Positions 1 to 9,394 of a stretch of DNA of 64,000 nucleotides are shown here, one piece after another (position 1 is the first letter of the stretch; each line of letters opens with the position of its first letter). The translations under genes were made by a program, and so were the position numbers. Origin of the DNA: a virus (taxonomy: Duplodnaviria; Caudoviricetes); IMG/VR virus record IMGVR_UViG_3300005201_000042, positions 1 to 64,000 of that record; one strand, written 5' to 3'. The notes under the pieces are model-generated. The model was not told the DNA's origin. It searched no databases and saw nothing but the letters and a program-made list of their open reading frames with translations.

Positions 1-22
1 GTTGGTAGAGCAAACGGCTCAT
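1..22 (+). other. tRNA-like fragment (D-arm, anticodon 5' stem, CAT), truncated after the anticodon
   Basis: GTTGGTAGAGC-A-AACGG-CT-CAT fits a tRNA D-loop and anticodon arm; the expected AACCGTT and T-arm do not follow; the 5' part lies outside the window. Confidence 0.3.
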
Positions 23-78
23 GTTTTAAGGGTATTTTTAATTATAGAGTCAAATTTCTTTAACTTCCATTTCTGTAG

Positions 79-108
79 AATATACCACAGATTCGTTTCT
101 TTGTACAA
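79..108 (-). promoter_or_regulatory. possible leftward sigma70 promoter
   Basis: minus strand reads TTGTAC-N18-TATATT with extended TG. Confidence 0.3.
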
Positions 109-137
109 CCCCTTTCAAATAAATTTAACTTTTAAGT

Positions 138-179
138 AAAAGGTAACCTGAAGGAAACCCTGTATTTTGGTTACCTTTT
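138..179. repeat. 11-bp inverted repeat upstream of primase
   Basis: AAAAGGTAACC (138-148) and GGTTACCTTTT (169-179), 20-nt loop. Confidence 0.6.
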
Positions 180-192
180 CGTATTAAAGGGC

Positions 193-855
193 ATGGATTT
201 CAAGGGGTTTTTCTCTAACTTGCCTCTGCTTTCTCAGGTGGATCTCTATCATTTTTACATTGAAGGGTACACGGAATCCTTAAAACTGTTCTCTGAAGTA
301 AGGGTAGTTTTGGGGGAGGATTGGCTTTCAGGGGTTCCTTTAGAGTTACAAGAGTATTTTTATAAAGTTCATTTCCCTTGTTATTTTATCCCTATATTTC
401 AGAACTCTGATTGTTACGGCTTTGTGGTCAAGGGTTTTTCAAAGATGACTCCTCGCTTCTGTAGCAACCACTTACTTCCAGGTTGTGAACGGATTAAGGG
501 TGGGGAACTGGTGATTCTGGTAGAGGGTTTTAAGGACGCTTACCTTCCTTTACTGTCTTGTAAAGGCTTACCTGTGGTGGTTATTCCTATGCTTACTTCA
601 ATCCCTAGTAAGGAGTTTCTGTGTTATTTGAATAGCATGGGTTGCTCTGTGCTGTTCATTCCTGATAATGATGTGCACAAGCAAGAGCACTCCGCTAGGT
701 TCTTTGAGTTAGCTGGTAAGGTTGGTATTAAATCGTATAGGTATGATGTCTTGGGTGTAGAGGATTTTGGGGATTTCTTTAACCCTGTTTTAAGAGATGT
801 GGCTTTAGAGCAAGCTAAGGTGTTTCGGGGTTATGTGGATAAGCTTTTAAGTTAA
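193..855 (+). CDS. DNA primase-like TOPRIM protein
   Basis: TOPRIM motifs VILVEGFKDA and FIPDND; no Zn-binding domain visible. Confidence 0.7.
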   Translation: MDFKGFFSNLPLLSQVDLYHFYIEGYTESLKLFSEVRVVLGEDWLSGVPLELQEYFYKVHFPCYFIPIFQNSDCYGFVVKGFSKMTPRFCSNHLLPGCERIKGGELVILVEGFKDAYLPLLSCKGLPVVVIPMLTSIPSKEFLCYLNSMGCSVLFIPDNDVHKQEHSARFFELAGKVGIKSYRYDVLGVEDFGDFFNPVLRDVALEQAKVFRGYVDKLLS

Positions 856-864
856 GGAGGGTGT

Positions 865-1059
865 ATGTCTGATAATTCTTCTGCTACATATAGTGGAGTT
901 GGTTTTTCTGGTCTGCTTACTCTTGTTTTCATAGTTCTTAAACTTACCAGAGTTATTGCATGGTCATGGCTATGGGTTTTAGCTCCAACATGGATTCCCA
1001 TTGCGGTGTTTCTCTTGATTATGCTTATCATTTTGCTATGGAGTTTAAATGAACATTGA
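865..1059 (+). CDS. small phage membrane protein (Transmembrane Fragile-X-F-like)
   Basis: LTLVFIVLKLTRVIAWSWLWVLAPTWIP signature; RBS AAGGAGG. Confidence 0.6.
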   Translation: MSDNSSATYSGVGFSGLLTLVFIVLKLTRVIAWSWLWVLAPTWIPIAVFLLIMLIILLWSLNEH

Positions 1060-1312
1060 AATTCCAGATGATAACTTAGAAGAAACTTTCATCACGAAAG
1101 TTACGATAATAAACCCCAATCCTGATCCTGTGCCTATCTCAGACAAGTATCATTGCTTATTTCGAGGTTCTTCTGTGGTTACTTACGGTCGGCATCTGTT
1201 CAGGTTTCCCATAACTCACATGGGTTATAAAAGATTGGTTAGTTCTTTTCAATCTGATTTTAGGGGTATGCTGAGGGTTGACTTTGGGGCGGCGGGGTTT
1301 GATGTTGTGTAG
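1049..1312 (+). CDS. hypothetical protein
   Basis: 87-aa ORF overlapping the upstream stop. Confidence 0.5.
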   Translation: MNIEIPDDNLEETFITKVTIINPNPDPVPISDKYHCLFRGSSVVTYGRHLFRFPITHMGYKRLVSSFQSDFRGMLRVDFGAAGFDVV

Positions 1313-1350
1313 TTAGCTCTCTTTCGTATAGGTTCTTGGGGTGGGGATTC

Positions 1351-2292
1351 ATGAATTTAACTTCAAAATATAGACCTTCTACTTTAAATGAAATCTACGG
1401 ACAAGATAAAATTGTCTCTTTTTTCAAGTCTGTAATAACAAATATTGATTCTGCACCACATTACTTTTTGCTTTCAGGGGCTTACGGCACTGGTAAAACC
1501 GCTATTGTCCGAGCCTTCGCTAGAGACCTCTTAGGTTCTTTAAATGCACCTAATTACATAGAGGTTGATAGTGGTGAGAAGGTTTTACAAACTAACTTTG
1601 ACGCAATAAAAAACATTCTTTTCCAAGAAGTCCCAGGCTATAAGGTTGCCGTTCTGGATGAGTCTCACTTGGTTGAGACAAAGGCACAAGAGCAGCTTCT
1701 TAAGATAGTTGAGGATTATTATGGAAAATTGATTTTATTTTTTGCCACAACTGAACCTCATAAGATGATGGACACTCTGCGTTCTCGGTTACATCACTTT
1801 TCTCTGTCTTTATTCACTGACGAGCAGTTAGTTGAATACGCCAAGGTTATCTTACAAAAAGAAAATCAAACTGTGTCTGATCAGGCTCTGGCATTGGCGG
1901 CATTAAACTCCCAGGGGCACATGAGAAATATGCTAAAGCAGGTGGAGCTAATTTTGTTTCAGGGGGAGACTGATTTCCTACAGTTTTACGCTTCTATTTT
2001 AAAAGAGATTAAGGTGTTCTTTTCTGACTTCTCTGTTGTGGATAAGACATCTGTAGAGGCTTTATCTCGCTGGCATCCGGCAGAGCTTAGGGTGTTAATG
2101 GGCTACTTTTTTCGGCAAAGCATTATTAATCCAGATGGAGACTGTAAAGACATAATTTCGCGCCATCTGGTTCCTAAGTTATTTGCTTCTTACTTACGGT
2201 TGCTTGGTTTAGTTAAAGAGCCTGATGACTTTTTTTCAGCTATATTTGTTTTCAGGCAACAGCTTAGGGCATTAAGGGGAGGTATGTCATGA
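1351..2292 (+). CDS. clamp loader AAA+ subunit (DnaX/RFC-like)
   Basis: KYRPSTLNEIYGQ, Walker A GAYGTGKT, Walker B VLDESH, LRSRL (SRC-like). Confidence 0.85.
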   Translation: MNLTSKYRPSTLNEIYGQDKIVSFFKSVITNIDSAPHYFLLSGAYGTGKTAIVRAFARDLLGSLNAPNYIEVDSGEKVLQTNFDAIKNILFQEVPGYKVAVLDESHLVETKAQEQLLKIVEDYYGKLILFFATTEPHKMMDTLRSRLHHFSLSLFTDEQLVEYAKVILQKENQTVSDQALALAALNSQGHMRNMLKQVELILFQGETDFLQFYASILKEIKVFFSDFSVVDKTSVEALSRWHPAELRVLMGYFFRQSIINPDGDCKDIISRHLVPKLFASYLRLLGLVKEPDDFFSAIFVFRQQLRALRGGMS

Positions 2293-2804
2293 GAGAGTTA
2301 CGAACTGGCTTTACTTCTTTTGAGCAGTCTCAAGAGTTCTCAAAAGAGTTTATTTCGGATGTAAATCTTCTTATTTCAAAAGTTTATAAGAAGTGGTCTC
2401 TATATGAGGATGAGGAGGAGTTTAATTCTTCCTGTTGGACTAAGATTATCAAAGCTTTAAGTATTTATAATAATCCAGAAGGCTCTCTTAATACTTATCT
2501 TAACTGGGTTGTCTGGAATGAGGCCACCAGAATTTATTCTAAGTATAGAAAGATGGCTTCTGATGATATAACAGAGAAGGTAGATGCTGATCCTTTATGG
2601 CGAAAAAATCCCGATGAACATCAAGATTTTCTTCATCGGGATAGAGTTTGTTCTTTTGCGAGGCTAGCTTTTGATATGGGTGTTTATGTAAACCAGCAGG
2701 AGTTGTATAAAAATTATCTATTAGGCAACCTTTCTCCGGCTGTGAAGTCTTTCATGTGGTTTTCTATTCTTCAAGGAAAGGGTAAAAAATTTTATGCAAA
2801 TTGA
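2289..2804 (+). CDS. sigma70 region-2-like protein (candidate phage sigma factor)
   Basis: EEFNSSCWTKIIKALSIYNNPEGSLNTYLNWVVWNEA resembles sigma region 2.2-2.4; only 171 aa. Confidence 0.5.
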   Translation: MRELRTGFTSFEQSQEFSKEFISDVNLLISKVYKKWSLYEDEEEFNSSCWTKIIKALSIYNNPEGSLNTYLNWVVWNEATRIYSKYRKMASDDITEKVDADPLWRKNPDEHQDFLHRDRVCSFARLAFDMGVYVNQQELYKNYLLGNLSPAVKSFMWFSILQGKGKKFYAN

Positions 2805-3168
2805 CTTGAGTTCAGAAGAGAAAGTGAATTTTCTTGTTTCTTTAAGTAAGAGAATGGGTTTGTCTGCAGATGAGGTTTTGTCTATGTACTTACTTTTGGA
2901 AGATAGGTTGTTTTTCCTGTTTGATTTATTACAGGATAGAACTGTTAAGTTTCCATCTATGAGGTCGTTCCACCGTGGTTTATCTTTAGCTGGTAAAACT
3001 AGACTCATAAAGTTACGGAAGCCTAGTTATGTGGTGAATGGTAATGAGACATACAGAGAGAACATTGTTTCAGGTGACTCTGTTTTCGTAGATGGTGTTA
3101 ATGTAGAGGTTGTGGGTTCTCCTCTGGCTTTTCTTGGGGGAACTTATCTTTTAGTAAAGGAGAAGTAA
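2794..3168 (+). CDS. hypothetical protein (possible transcription co-activator)
   Basis: coupled to the sigma-like gene; LFDLLQDRTVKFPS is loosely Mor-like. Confidence 0.4.
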   Translation: MQIDLSSEEKVNFLVSLSKRMGLSADEVLSMYLLLEDRLFFLFDLLQDRTVKFPSMRSFHRGLSLAGKTRLIKLRKPSYVVNGNETYRENIVSGDSVFVDGVNVEVVGSPLAFLGGTYLLVKEK

Positions 3169-3172
3169 TTAA

Positions 3173-3421
3173 ATGAAGATGCTTTTAAATATGGTGTTGA
3201 ATATCGACGAGACAAGTTTTCAGGGTCTTCAAAAGTGGAAGCCGTGCGCTTTAGACGGGCTTGCTTTAGCTTTATTCACTGGTTCTGTTGAGAAATATTT
3301 GGATGATGCAAGAGATGAATTAGATGTTTTGGAAACCAGTAAGGCTTTGTCTCTTATTGGTTACTCTGTAAATGAGATGGTGGGGCATCACACCGAACTT
3401 AGTGCTTTGGCTTCTAAATAA
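3173..3421 (+). CDS. hypothetical protein
   Basis: 82-aa ORF in operon. Confidence 0.5.
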   Translation: MKMLLNMVLNIDETSFQGLQKWKPCALDGLALALFTGSVEKYLDDARDELDVLETSKALSLIGYSVNEMVGHHTELSALASK

Positions 3422-3452
3422 TGAAGTGTAAATTAATAAGAGGAGAAATAAA

Positions 3453-3902
3453 ATGAGGGATGATTCTAGTTTGGCGGTTGTAACTCAGCAGATAGAAGGG
3501 GATCTTCAATTTATTCAGCGTAATATAAGAGATCTTTCAACAACTGCTCAGTTTGCACACATGAAGGAGTTAGAGGAGCTTCATAACTTAGCTTACTCTA
3601 ATTTGAAAGAGCAAATGGGAGCTGGTAAACCTTTATCTGTTGACCCTAGCTTAGTTTTGGAAACTTACAAAACTATATCAGGGGTTAGGATGATGGTTGT
3701 GGAGACGAAGCGAAAGGCGGCAGAGACTTTATTGAAGGCTCGCAGTTTAATAGAGGTTCCCCGTGTGTCCACAAGCACAGGGAGTAATGAGCTTCTTGTT
3801 GAAACAGATGTTTTTGACGAGGAGGTTTCTCAGGCATCTGTTGAAGGTGGTGCTGGTCTTTATGGTAATCTGGTAGATTCTGACGCTGATCCTGAAATGT
3901 AA
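3453..3902 (+). CDS. candidate terminase small subunit
   Basis: helical 149-aa protein with acidic tail directly upstream of the large terminase; RBS GAGGAG. Confidence 0.4.
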   Translation: MRDDSSLAVVTQQIEGDLQFIQRNIRDLSTTAQFAHMKELEELHNLAYSNLKEQMGAGKPLSVDPSLVLETYKTISGVRMMVVETKRKAAETLLKARSLIEVPRVSTSTGSNELLVETDVFDEEVSQASVEGGAGLYGNLVDSDADPEM

Positions 3903-3918
3903 GTAGAAGTTGGGAGGG

Positions 3919-3951
3919 GGACAGGGGAGCAAAGTATCCCCTGTCCATTTT
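3919..3951 (+). terminator. intrinsic terminator
   Basis: GGACAGGGGA/TCCCCTGTCC stem followed by ATTTT. Confidence 0.75.
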
Positions 3952-3956
3952 ATATA
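3949..3956 (+). promoter_or_regulatory. late promoter motif TTTATATA
   Basis: 5 nt before terminase ATG, no SD. Confidence 0.65.
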
Positions 3957-3961
3957 CATGT

Positions 3962-5821
3962 ATGGCTTTGGAGCTCCTTCGTCCTATAGTTCCAATTAAA
4001 GACTGGGTTTGTTCTCCTTTTTACATTGGTGGAGAGACAATTTATCCTTATTGGAAAGATGCAATTGTAGAGTATTTTCATGGGGACAAAAGGGCTTTTA
4101 TCTTTTCTGGTTCTAGTCGTCTTGGAAAATCTTATGCGGCTGCTTTCATCGTTATTAGGTTTATTTACGAGTTATCCTGTATAAAAAACTTTCCCTTACT
4201 TTTCGGTCTATCTCCTACTACGCTTCCTAAAGGTATTTATTTTTCTTTCTCTAATATGGGGGCAGATTCAACTGGTATAAGAAGAATTCAACGTATTTTA
4301 GACCAAATCCCTTATTTTAGTTATCCGTCTACTAAAAGGCGGGATGTCCAATCTCACATCTCTTTTCCTTTTCTTGAGATTTTTGGCGGCTCACGGGCTA
4401 TTCATTCTCTTGGTTCAGACTTGTTGTTTGCTATTTTCGACGAGGCTAACAAGCGTGGTAATGTAGCAAAATCAAACGCAGTACAAGACGCGGCTAACAT
4501 TTGGATGGAAATCAGAATGAGGTCTGAGTCTACTTTTTCAATTAACGGTGTTTGGGGTGGTATGGCAGGCATTATTTCCACGGCTGGTCAAAGTTCTTCT
4601 TTTGTGGATATGGAATTAGAGAAAGCAAAAACTCACGGTAATTATTTGATAAGGGAGGCAGCTGTTTACGATGTGCGTCCAGCTTCTTACTCAAAGGAAA
4701 GGTTTATAGTTTACCCAGGTGGTGCAGGTGTTCCTGCATTTATCTCTGATTCTGCTTCTCCTGAGGCTATTCAAGCAGTAAATGGTTTAGGTATGTCTGT
4801 GGAACAGTTTTTAAAAGAGAAGTCTTCTTTGCTGGTTCATCCGCCTGTTTCGTTAAAGCATTTTTATGAGGAGAGTCTTGAGGTTTCGTTACAAAACCTT
4901 TCAGGGGTTACACGGGCAGGGTCTTCTTTGTTTATTTCTAACAAGGCTTTTATAACTAAAATGTTTGACCCTAGTCTAAAGTTTCCGTCAAGTCTTATTT
5001 TCCCAGATGGTATCCCTCAACTGGGTTTATATGACTCTACTTTGCCGGAGGAACTTGTTGATGAGGATATGTTAAATGAGACTTACGATGGTCAAGCGGT
5101 TTATATCTCTGTCGACCTTGCCAGGGTGAATGACCCCACTGGTTTCTCTGCTATTTTTTATAATGAAGACTTACGAAAGATAATGCCTGTTTTAATAACT
5201 CCTCTTTCTCTGGACAGGTTTAAACCAGGTAATGAGATGGATCCTGTAAAGATGGTAGGTTTAATCACTCATTTGTATCGTCTAGGTGTAAATATAAGGA
5301 TGGTCACTGCTGATGGTTTTCAATCGGATTATTTAATTACGAGGTGTAAATTGTTACTGGGAAATGATAAGGTTGACAGATTTTCGGCTGATAAATCTCC
5401 AGTGGCACACATAACAATGCTTAACTTTATGAAACTTGGTATGTACCGTCTGTACCCTATTCCTCGATTAAAGTATGAGTTGGAGAACCTAATTTATGAT
5501 AAGGTTTCTGGCAAGGTTGACCATAACATCAATTCAGACCCTGCCAACCCTGTGTATTTTAAAGATGTGACGGATGCTTTAGCTTGTTCTTCTCACCAAT
5601 TAAGTATTTATGAGAACCTTTCCTACGAAGATTTAATGGTTACGATGGAGGTTGAGAAAGCACGTAAGTCTAGGTTGGTGGATGATGAAGATGAAGAACT
5701 AGAAGATTTTTATGGGGACGTTGTTGCAGATGAAGATGATTTTTACAGTTCTATTGATGGGTCTGAAAGGGAGCTTGAGCTTGACCCTGTGGATCAGCTA
5801 ATGAAAGATATAATGCCTTAA
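3962..5821 (+). CDS. terL: terminase large subunit
   Basis: Walker A SGSSRLGKS, Walker B AIFDEA, nuclease ISVDLARVND and KDVTDALA. Confidence 0.92.
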   Translation: MALELLRPIVPIKDWVCSPFYIGGETIYPYWKDAIVEYFHGDKRAFIFSGSSRLGKSYAAAFIVIRFIYELSCIKNFPLLFGLSPTTLPKGIYFSFSNMGADSTGIRRIQRILDQIPYFSYPSTKRRDVQSHISFPFLEIFGGSRAIHSLGSDLLFAIFDEANKRGNVAKSNAVQDAANIWMEIRMRSESTFSINGVWGGMAGIISTAGQSSSFVDMELEKAKTHGNYLIREAAVYDVRPASYSKERFIVYPGGAGVPAFISDSASPEAIQAVNGLGMSVEQFLKEKSSLLVHPPVSLKHFYEESLEVSLQNLSGVTRAGSSLFISNKAFITKMFDPSLKFPSSLIFPDGIPQLGLYDSTLPEELVDEDMLNETYDGQAVYISVDLARVNDPTGFSAIFYNEDLRKIMPVLITPLSLDRFKPGNEMDPVKMVGLITHLYRLGVNIRMVTADGFQSDYLITRCKLLLGNDKVDRFSADKSPVAHITMLNFMKLGMYRLYPIPRLKYELENLIYDKVSGKVDHNINSDPANPVYFKDVTDALACSSHQLSIYENLSYEDLMVTMEVEKARKSRLVDDEDEELEDFYGDVVADEDDFYSSIDGSERELELDPVDQLMKDIMP

Positions 5822-5824
5822 AAG

Positions 5825-5863
5825 TTATACACCCTTGTATTCTGTACGCTCTATTGGAAGCTA
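5825..5863 (+). promoter_or_regulatory. early promoter family copy (degenerate -10)
   Basis: TTATACACCC-TTGTAT; -10 GAAGCT is weak. Confidence 0.45.
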
Positions 5864-5908
5864 ATTAGGTGAATTGATAATCGTATAAGGAAATTGGAGG
5901 GAGTTGTA

Positions 5909-6181
5909 ATGTCAGAAAAAAGCGTCAGGGTTATTTGGGAAGATAGGGAAGGTAATCGATCCAGGCTATACGGAGGTGTTGATACGACCTTCTCTGCTAT
6001 TTTGAAGGTTTGGACTGCTTCTGGTAAACATCCGAATGAGTTTAACGCATTGATTGTAGGGGCAAAGGTAAAACCTCATCTGCTTGTGTCTTGTATTCTG
6101 TGGTGTTCTGGTTACGAGGTGGGTAATCTTTTTCAGGGGCTTAGGGATAGTGGACTTTGTAAGGAGGTTCCAAGAAGATGA
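5909..6181 (+). CDS. hypothetical protein
   Basis: ATG after GGAGGGAG. Confidence 0.55.
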   Translation: MSEKSVRVIWEDREGNRSRLYGGVDTTFSAILKVWTASGKHPNEFNALIVGAKVKPHLLVSCILWCSGYEVGNLFQGLRDSGLCKEVPRR

Positions 6182-6588
6182 TTGATAAACTTAAATTAGA
6201 CATTCCTTTAGGTTATGCTTTAGTTCCTGAGAAGAACTCTAGTTTAACTGCTCATTGCTCTCTTTGTTATTTTAGAGATTATGATTGTGAGAAGTTTGTT
6301 GCTTGTTCTTATAAAACAAAACGGAAGGATTCTGAAAGTGTTATTTATAAATTGGTTAAGCTTAATAATCCTAAGGATGAGGCTATAGAATCACATCAAA
6401 AGGAATCTTCTTTTTTGAAAGGTCTTATTTTGTCAGACGAAGCTAATATGTGTTTTTCGGAGATTTTCTCTGGTCTTGAGGAGAAGTTAGTTTGTCAAGA
6501 AAAGAGAATACGTTCTTTAGAAGAGACAAAACACACTTTGGTTTCTTTAATAAAGCTCGCTAACCAATATATGCAAGATGACAGTTAA
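6178..6588 (+). CDS. hypothetical Cys-containing protein with coiled-coil tail
   Basis: CSLC...C...C..RKD..VIY; ATGA overlap. Confidence 0.55.
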   Translation: MIDKLKLDIPLGYALVPEKNSSLTAHCSLCYFRDYDCEKFVACSYKTKRKDSESVIYKLVKLNNPKDEAIESHQKESSFLKGLILSDEANMCFSEIFSGLEEKLVCQEKRIRSLEETKHTLVSLIKLANQYMQDDS

Positions 6589-6679
6589 ATTTAAGAAGTT
6601 AATGTGGTACATTATATTAACAGCAGTTGGTTTGCTTGGGCTTTTACTGGTTCTTGCTATTGTTATAAGGTAGGTTGGT

Positions 6680-6865
6680 ATGCAGATAGATATTCCAGAT
6701 GAAATTTTTGCAAAAGTAGTCAGAGATTTAAGGCATTTTGAAAGTGGTCATGGAGCTAGGTCAGATTTACATGATGCTCTTTGTGTCTGTGAAACTCTGC
6801 TAGAATTCTTGGATGAGCATAAATGGTATGAGGAGAAATTAATAAGAGGACATTGTGATGAATAA
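6680..6865 (+). CDS. hypothetical protein
   Basis: 61-aa ORF with RBS. Confidence 0.5.
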   Translation: MQIDIPDEIFAKVVRDLRHFESGHGARSDLHDALCVCETLLEFLDEHKWYEEKLIRGHCDE

Positions 6866-8669
6866 AAATTACCTTAATTTTATTAGTTTCGCTCGAGGTA
6901 TTCAATGCGGTTTTAACACAAACGATATTCCATTACTTGAAGAAGAAAACGCACAACAGATTTACGACAAGGCTTTGGTCGGTCTCTGCTCTTCTTTTGA
7001 TATTGAGCAAGACATTTTAAACCAGTATAAGAACGGTGAGTTGGATTCTTGGGATGCTGTTGAACAGTTGGAAGACGAACTTGGTTATTCTTATGATGAT
7101 GCTTGTAAGAAGGTTTCTACTCTTTTTTCGGGTAAATTCTCTAGTAAGTTTGTGATCCCAAAAATAGAGGAAGCCCCCGCTTATTGGATTAGTCCAGATT
7201 GCAGAATTATTTCTGTTTATAAAAAGCACATTGATATGATTTGGGATTGTCCAGAGGCTTTTGGTTATTCTCAAAGGGATTTAGAGAATATTTACGATGC
7301 TTATAGTGAGCCTTATAGATCTGAGGGGGATGCTCGTAATTACATTGTAGATGATATGATTCTTAGACGAGGTTGGATTCGTATTCGTTTTCAGCATGTC
7401 AGTAATCTATATCATGTAGAAATTGGTGAATTACGCAATAAACGAAAAGATGCACTTTGGCTTTGGGCATCTGCCTTAGTACGAGTTAATTCACGAAAGG
7501 CTCTATCAAGAGTTATTATTTGTAAATGCGGTCAAAGCCAACCAGATTTTACAGGTTCTTTACAAGAACTAATTAACTGCAATTTATTTAGTTCTCATGG
7601 CATGGGTTTTCATCTTCTCGTTCCTATAAGTAATGTTTATGATTTTTTAAGTGTAAACCCTATTTATATGGCTTATAATAGGGGAAAGCGTAAACGATCC
7701 AAGTACCACGGCGCATTGGTCAATAATACCTTTGACGATGTTTCTACAGGGCTTTCTACGGTCTCACCTGCTTCTTCAGCATCCACAGCTTCCAGTATCA
7801 AAGCCCACCCCTCTATTCGCTTTCTAGTGGTTAATCATATTCTACATCCTACGAGAAGGCATTTGATACAGTCTTCTCTCTCTGGTTCTCTGGACACTCT
7901 TCTGTATCAAACTTACGTTACTGCTTTGGGAGGCAGGGTTTCCCCAGCTCCTGTTAATACCCCAGGTAATAATCTTAAACACACTGGTAAAAACGGACGG
8001 GTAGTGTTAAGTTTTAAGAGTGATTCAGGTCATTCCACCGAGGTTGACTTGGGAGGCAGTTTAGAGACTGGTTACGTTATACAGCAAATTGATGATGGGC
8101 TGGGTTTGTTTCCTGAAGGCACGGAGATAGGGGATCTTATTAAAAATGATGTTATACAGGAAATTATACGAGGTCAGGTTATGAGGGAAAGAGGAGATTG
8201 GAGTGTTATGAACGAGTTTGATAGAAAAGAGCCTTTTAATCTTATAAAGTCTAGTTCTGAGTACAGTTGGATTTTTTCAATGGCAAGGATGCAAGACCCT
8301 GATAACGATGTTCCCAGTTATCTTCACGATTTATTTTCTAAACTTCCTTTAGATGGATGGTTTGGTGACGATGTCAATCCAGAGCTTTGTAATAAGTTCT
8401 CTGCTCAGGTCGGTGTTAGTCCAGACTATGTTTTCTACTTTACTTTTAAGCGTGGTTCTGACAATCATTCTTTAGCAGAGTCTCCTGAAGGAGATGCATT
8501 TAAATTCTGCTCTTTGTTCCTTCAGAAAGGTTCTCAATGGTTTAAACGAGATAACCTATCTCAGGACGATTTTATTAAATGTAGAGAGTTTGTTCGTGTT
8601 GGTGATGTTTCTTCTGCTGTTTGGGAATTAAAGATGGAATCTACACCTAATAGAAATCCTTTAGCATGA
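6855..8669 (+). CDS. modular putative internal head polyprotein
   Basis: helical GYS module, WISP..GWIR domain, C-terminal MAR module; modules separated by LFSS, LIQSS, LIKSS, IFS. Confidence 0.55.
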   Translation: MMNKNYLNFISFARGIQCGFNTNDIPLLEEENAQQIYDKALVGLCSSFDIEQDILNQYKNGELDSWDAVEQLEDELGYSYDDACKKVSTLFSGKFSSKFVIPKIEEAPAYWISPDCRIISVYKKHIDMIWDCPEAFGYSQRDLENIYDAYSEPYRSEGDARNYIVDDMILRRGWIRIRFQHVSNLYHVEIGELRNKRKDALWLWASALVRVNSRKALSRVIICKCGQSQPDFTGSLQELINCNLFSSHGMGFHLLVPISNVYDFLSVNPIYMAYNRGKRKRSKYHGALVNNTFDDVSTGLSTVSPASSASTASSIKAHPSIRFLVVNHILHPTRRHLIQSSLSGSLDTLLYQTYVTALGGRVSPAPVNTPGNNLKHTGKNGRVVLSFKSDSGHSTEVDLGGSLETGYVIQQIDDGLGLFPEGTEIGDLIKNDVIQEIIRGQVMRERGDWSVMNEFDRKEPFNLIKSSSEYSWIFSMARMQDPDNDVPSYLHDLFSKLPLDGWFGDDVNPELCNKFSAQVGVSPDYVFYFTFKRGSDNHSLAESPEGDAFKFCSLFLQKGSQWFKRDNLSQDDFIKCREFVRVGDVSSAVWELKMESTPNRNPLA

Positions 8670-8672
8670 TGT

Positions 8673-8882
8673 ATGCAGTTAAATATTATCTTTGACGCAT
8701 CTTCTTTAGATGATATGCAGGTTAAACTGAATGAGCATTTTGGGCAGAAAATGCGTCTTATTAGAGTTTCTCTGTCTTTATTTGAATCTTACCATGTGCG
8801 GTTTACCGAGAAGTTTATTCCTCATATCTGGGAGTATCGTGTGGTTTGTAAAGATGGTAAGTATTTCTTTGGTTCTTTATAG
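8673..8882 (+). CDS. hypothetical protein
   Basis: 69-aa ORF. Confidence 0.5.
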   Translation: MQLNIIFDASSLDDMQVKLNEHFGQKMRLIRVSLSLFESYHVRFTEKFIPHIWEYRVVCKDGKYFFGSL

Positions 8883-8884
8883 CG

Positions 8885-8922
8885 TTATACATACTGGTAA
8901 ATTTTGTTAAAGGTGGTATGCT
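8885..8922 (+). promoter_or_regulatory. early promoter family copy
   Basis: TTATACATAC-TGGTAA-N16-TATGCT with extended TG. Confidence 0.55.
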
Positions 8923-8950
8923 TTAATAGGTAAATAGCAGGGAGATTATT

Positions 8951-9373
8951 ATGGCAAGGATTAAAGATGAGAGAACAATTCCACAGCATCTTCAGGATGG
9001 TATGGGTTTTGGGGTCGGTTACGAGGAGATACCATGGGATTTTTGGCTTGGGGATGATGCTGATTGTGGTAAATGCTCCACGATAGCTTGTAGGTATAGT
9101 GTTGAGGATGTATACTACTATTTTTGTTTTGATAGAGATTCACAAGGTGATTTTAAATTCAGAGCTTTAGTTGCATCACAAGAGTCTGGTACAGATTCTT
9201 CTCTTCCCCATAAGTGGTTTGCAAAGAAGTATACAGAACAAGATTTTGAGGGGGTTAGAAAATCAATTTGTCATTGTCAGGAGTACGCTGTTAGTGATTT
9301 AGGTTTAGTTCAGGAGGATATTCATAATCCTTTTAGTTTTATCTATAGGTTGAGGTTATCTAACGAGCTTTAG
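8951..9373 (+). CDS. free-standing MAR/FKFRAL-module protein
   Basis: paralogous to modules inside 6855-8669 and 9395-14755; RBS GGGAG. Confidence 0.65.
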   Translation: MARIKDERTIPQHLQDGMGFGVGYEEIPWDFWLGDDADCGKCSTIACRYSVEDVYYYFCFDRDSQGDFKFRALVASQESGTDSSLPHKWFAKKYTEQDFEGVRKSICHCQEYAVSDLGLVQEDIHNPFSFIYRLRLSNEL

Positions 9374-9377
9374 TTGT

Positions 9378-9385
9378 TTTATATA
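9378..9385 (+). promoter_or_regulatory. late promoter motif TTTATATA
   Basis: directly upstream of the 1.8-kaa polyvalent gene. Confidence 0.55.
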
Positions 9386-9394
9386 ATGTCTGGT

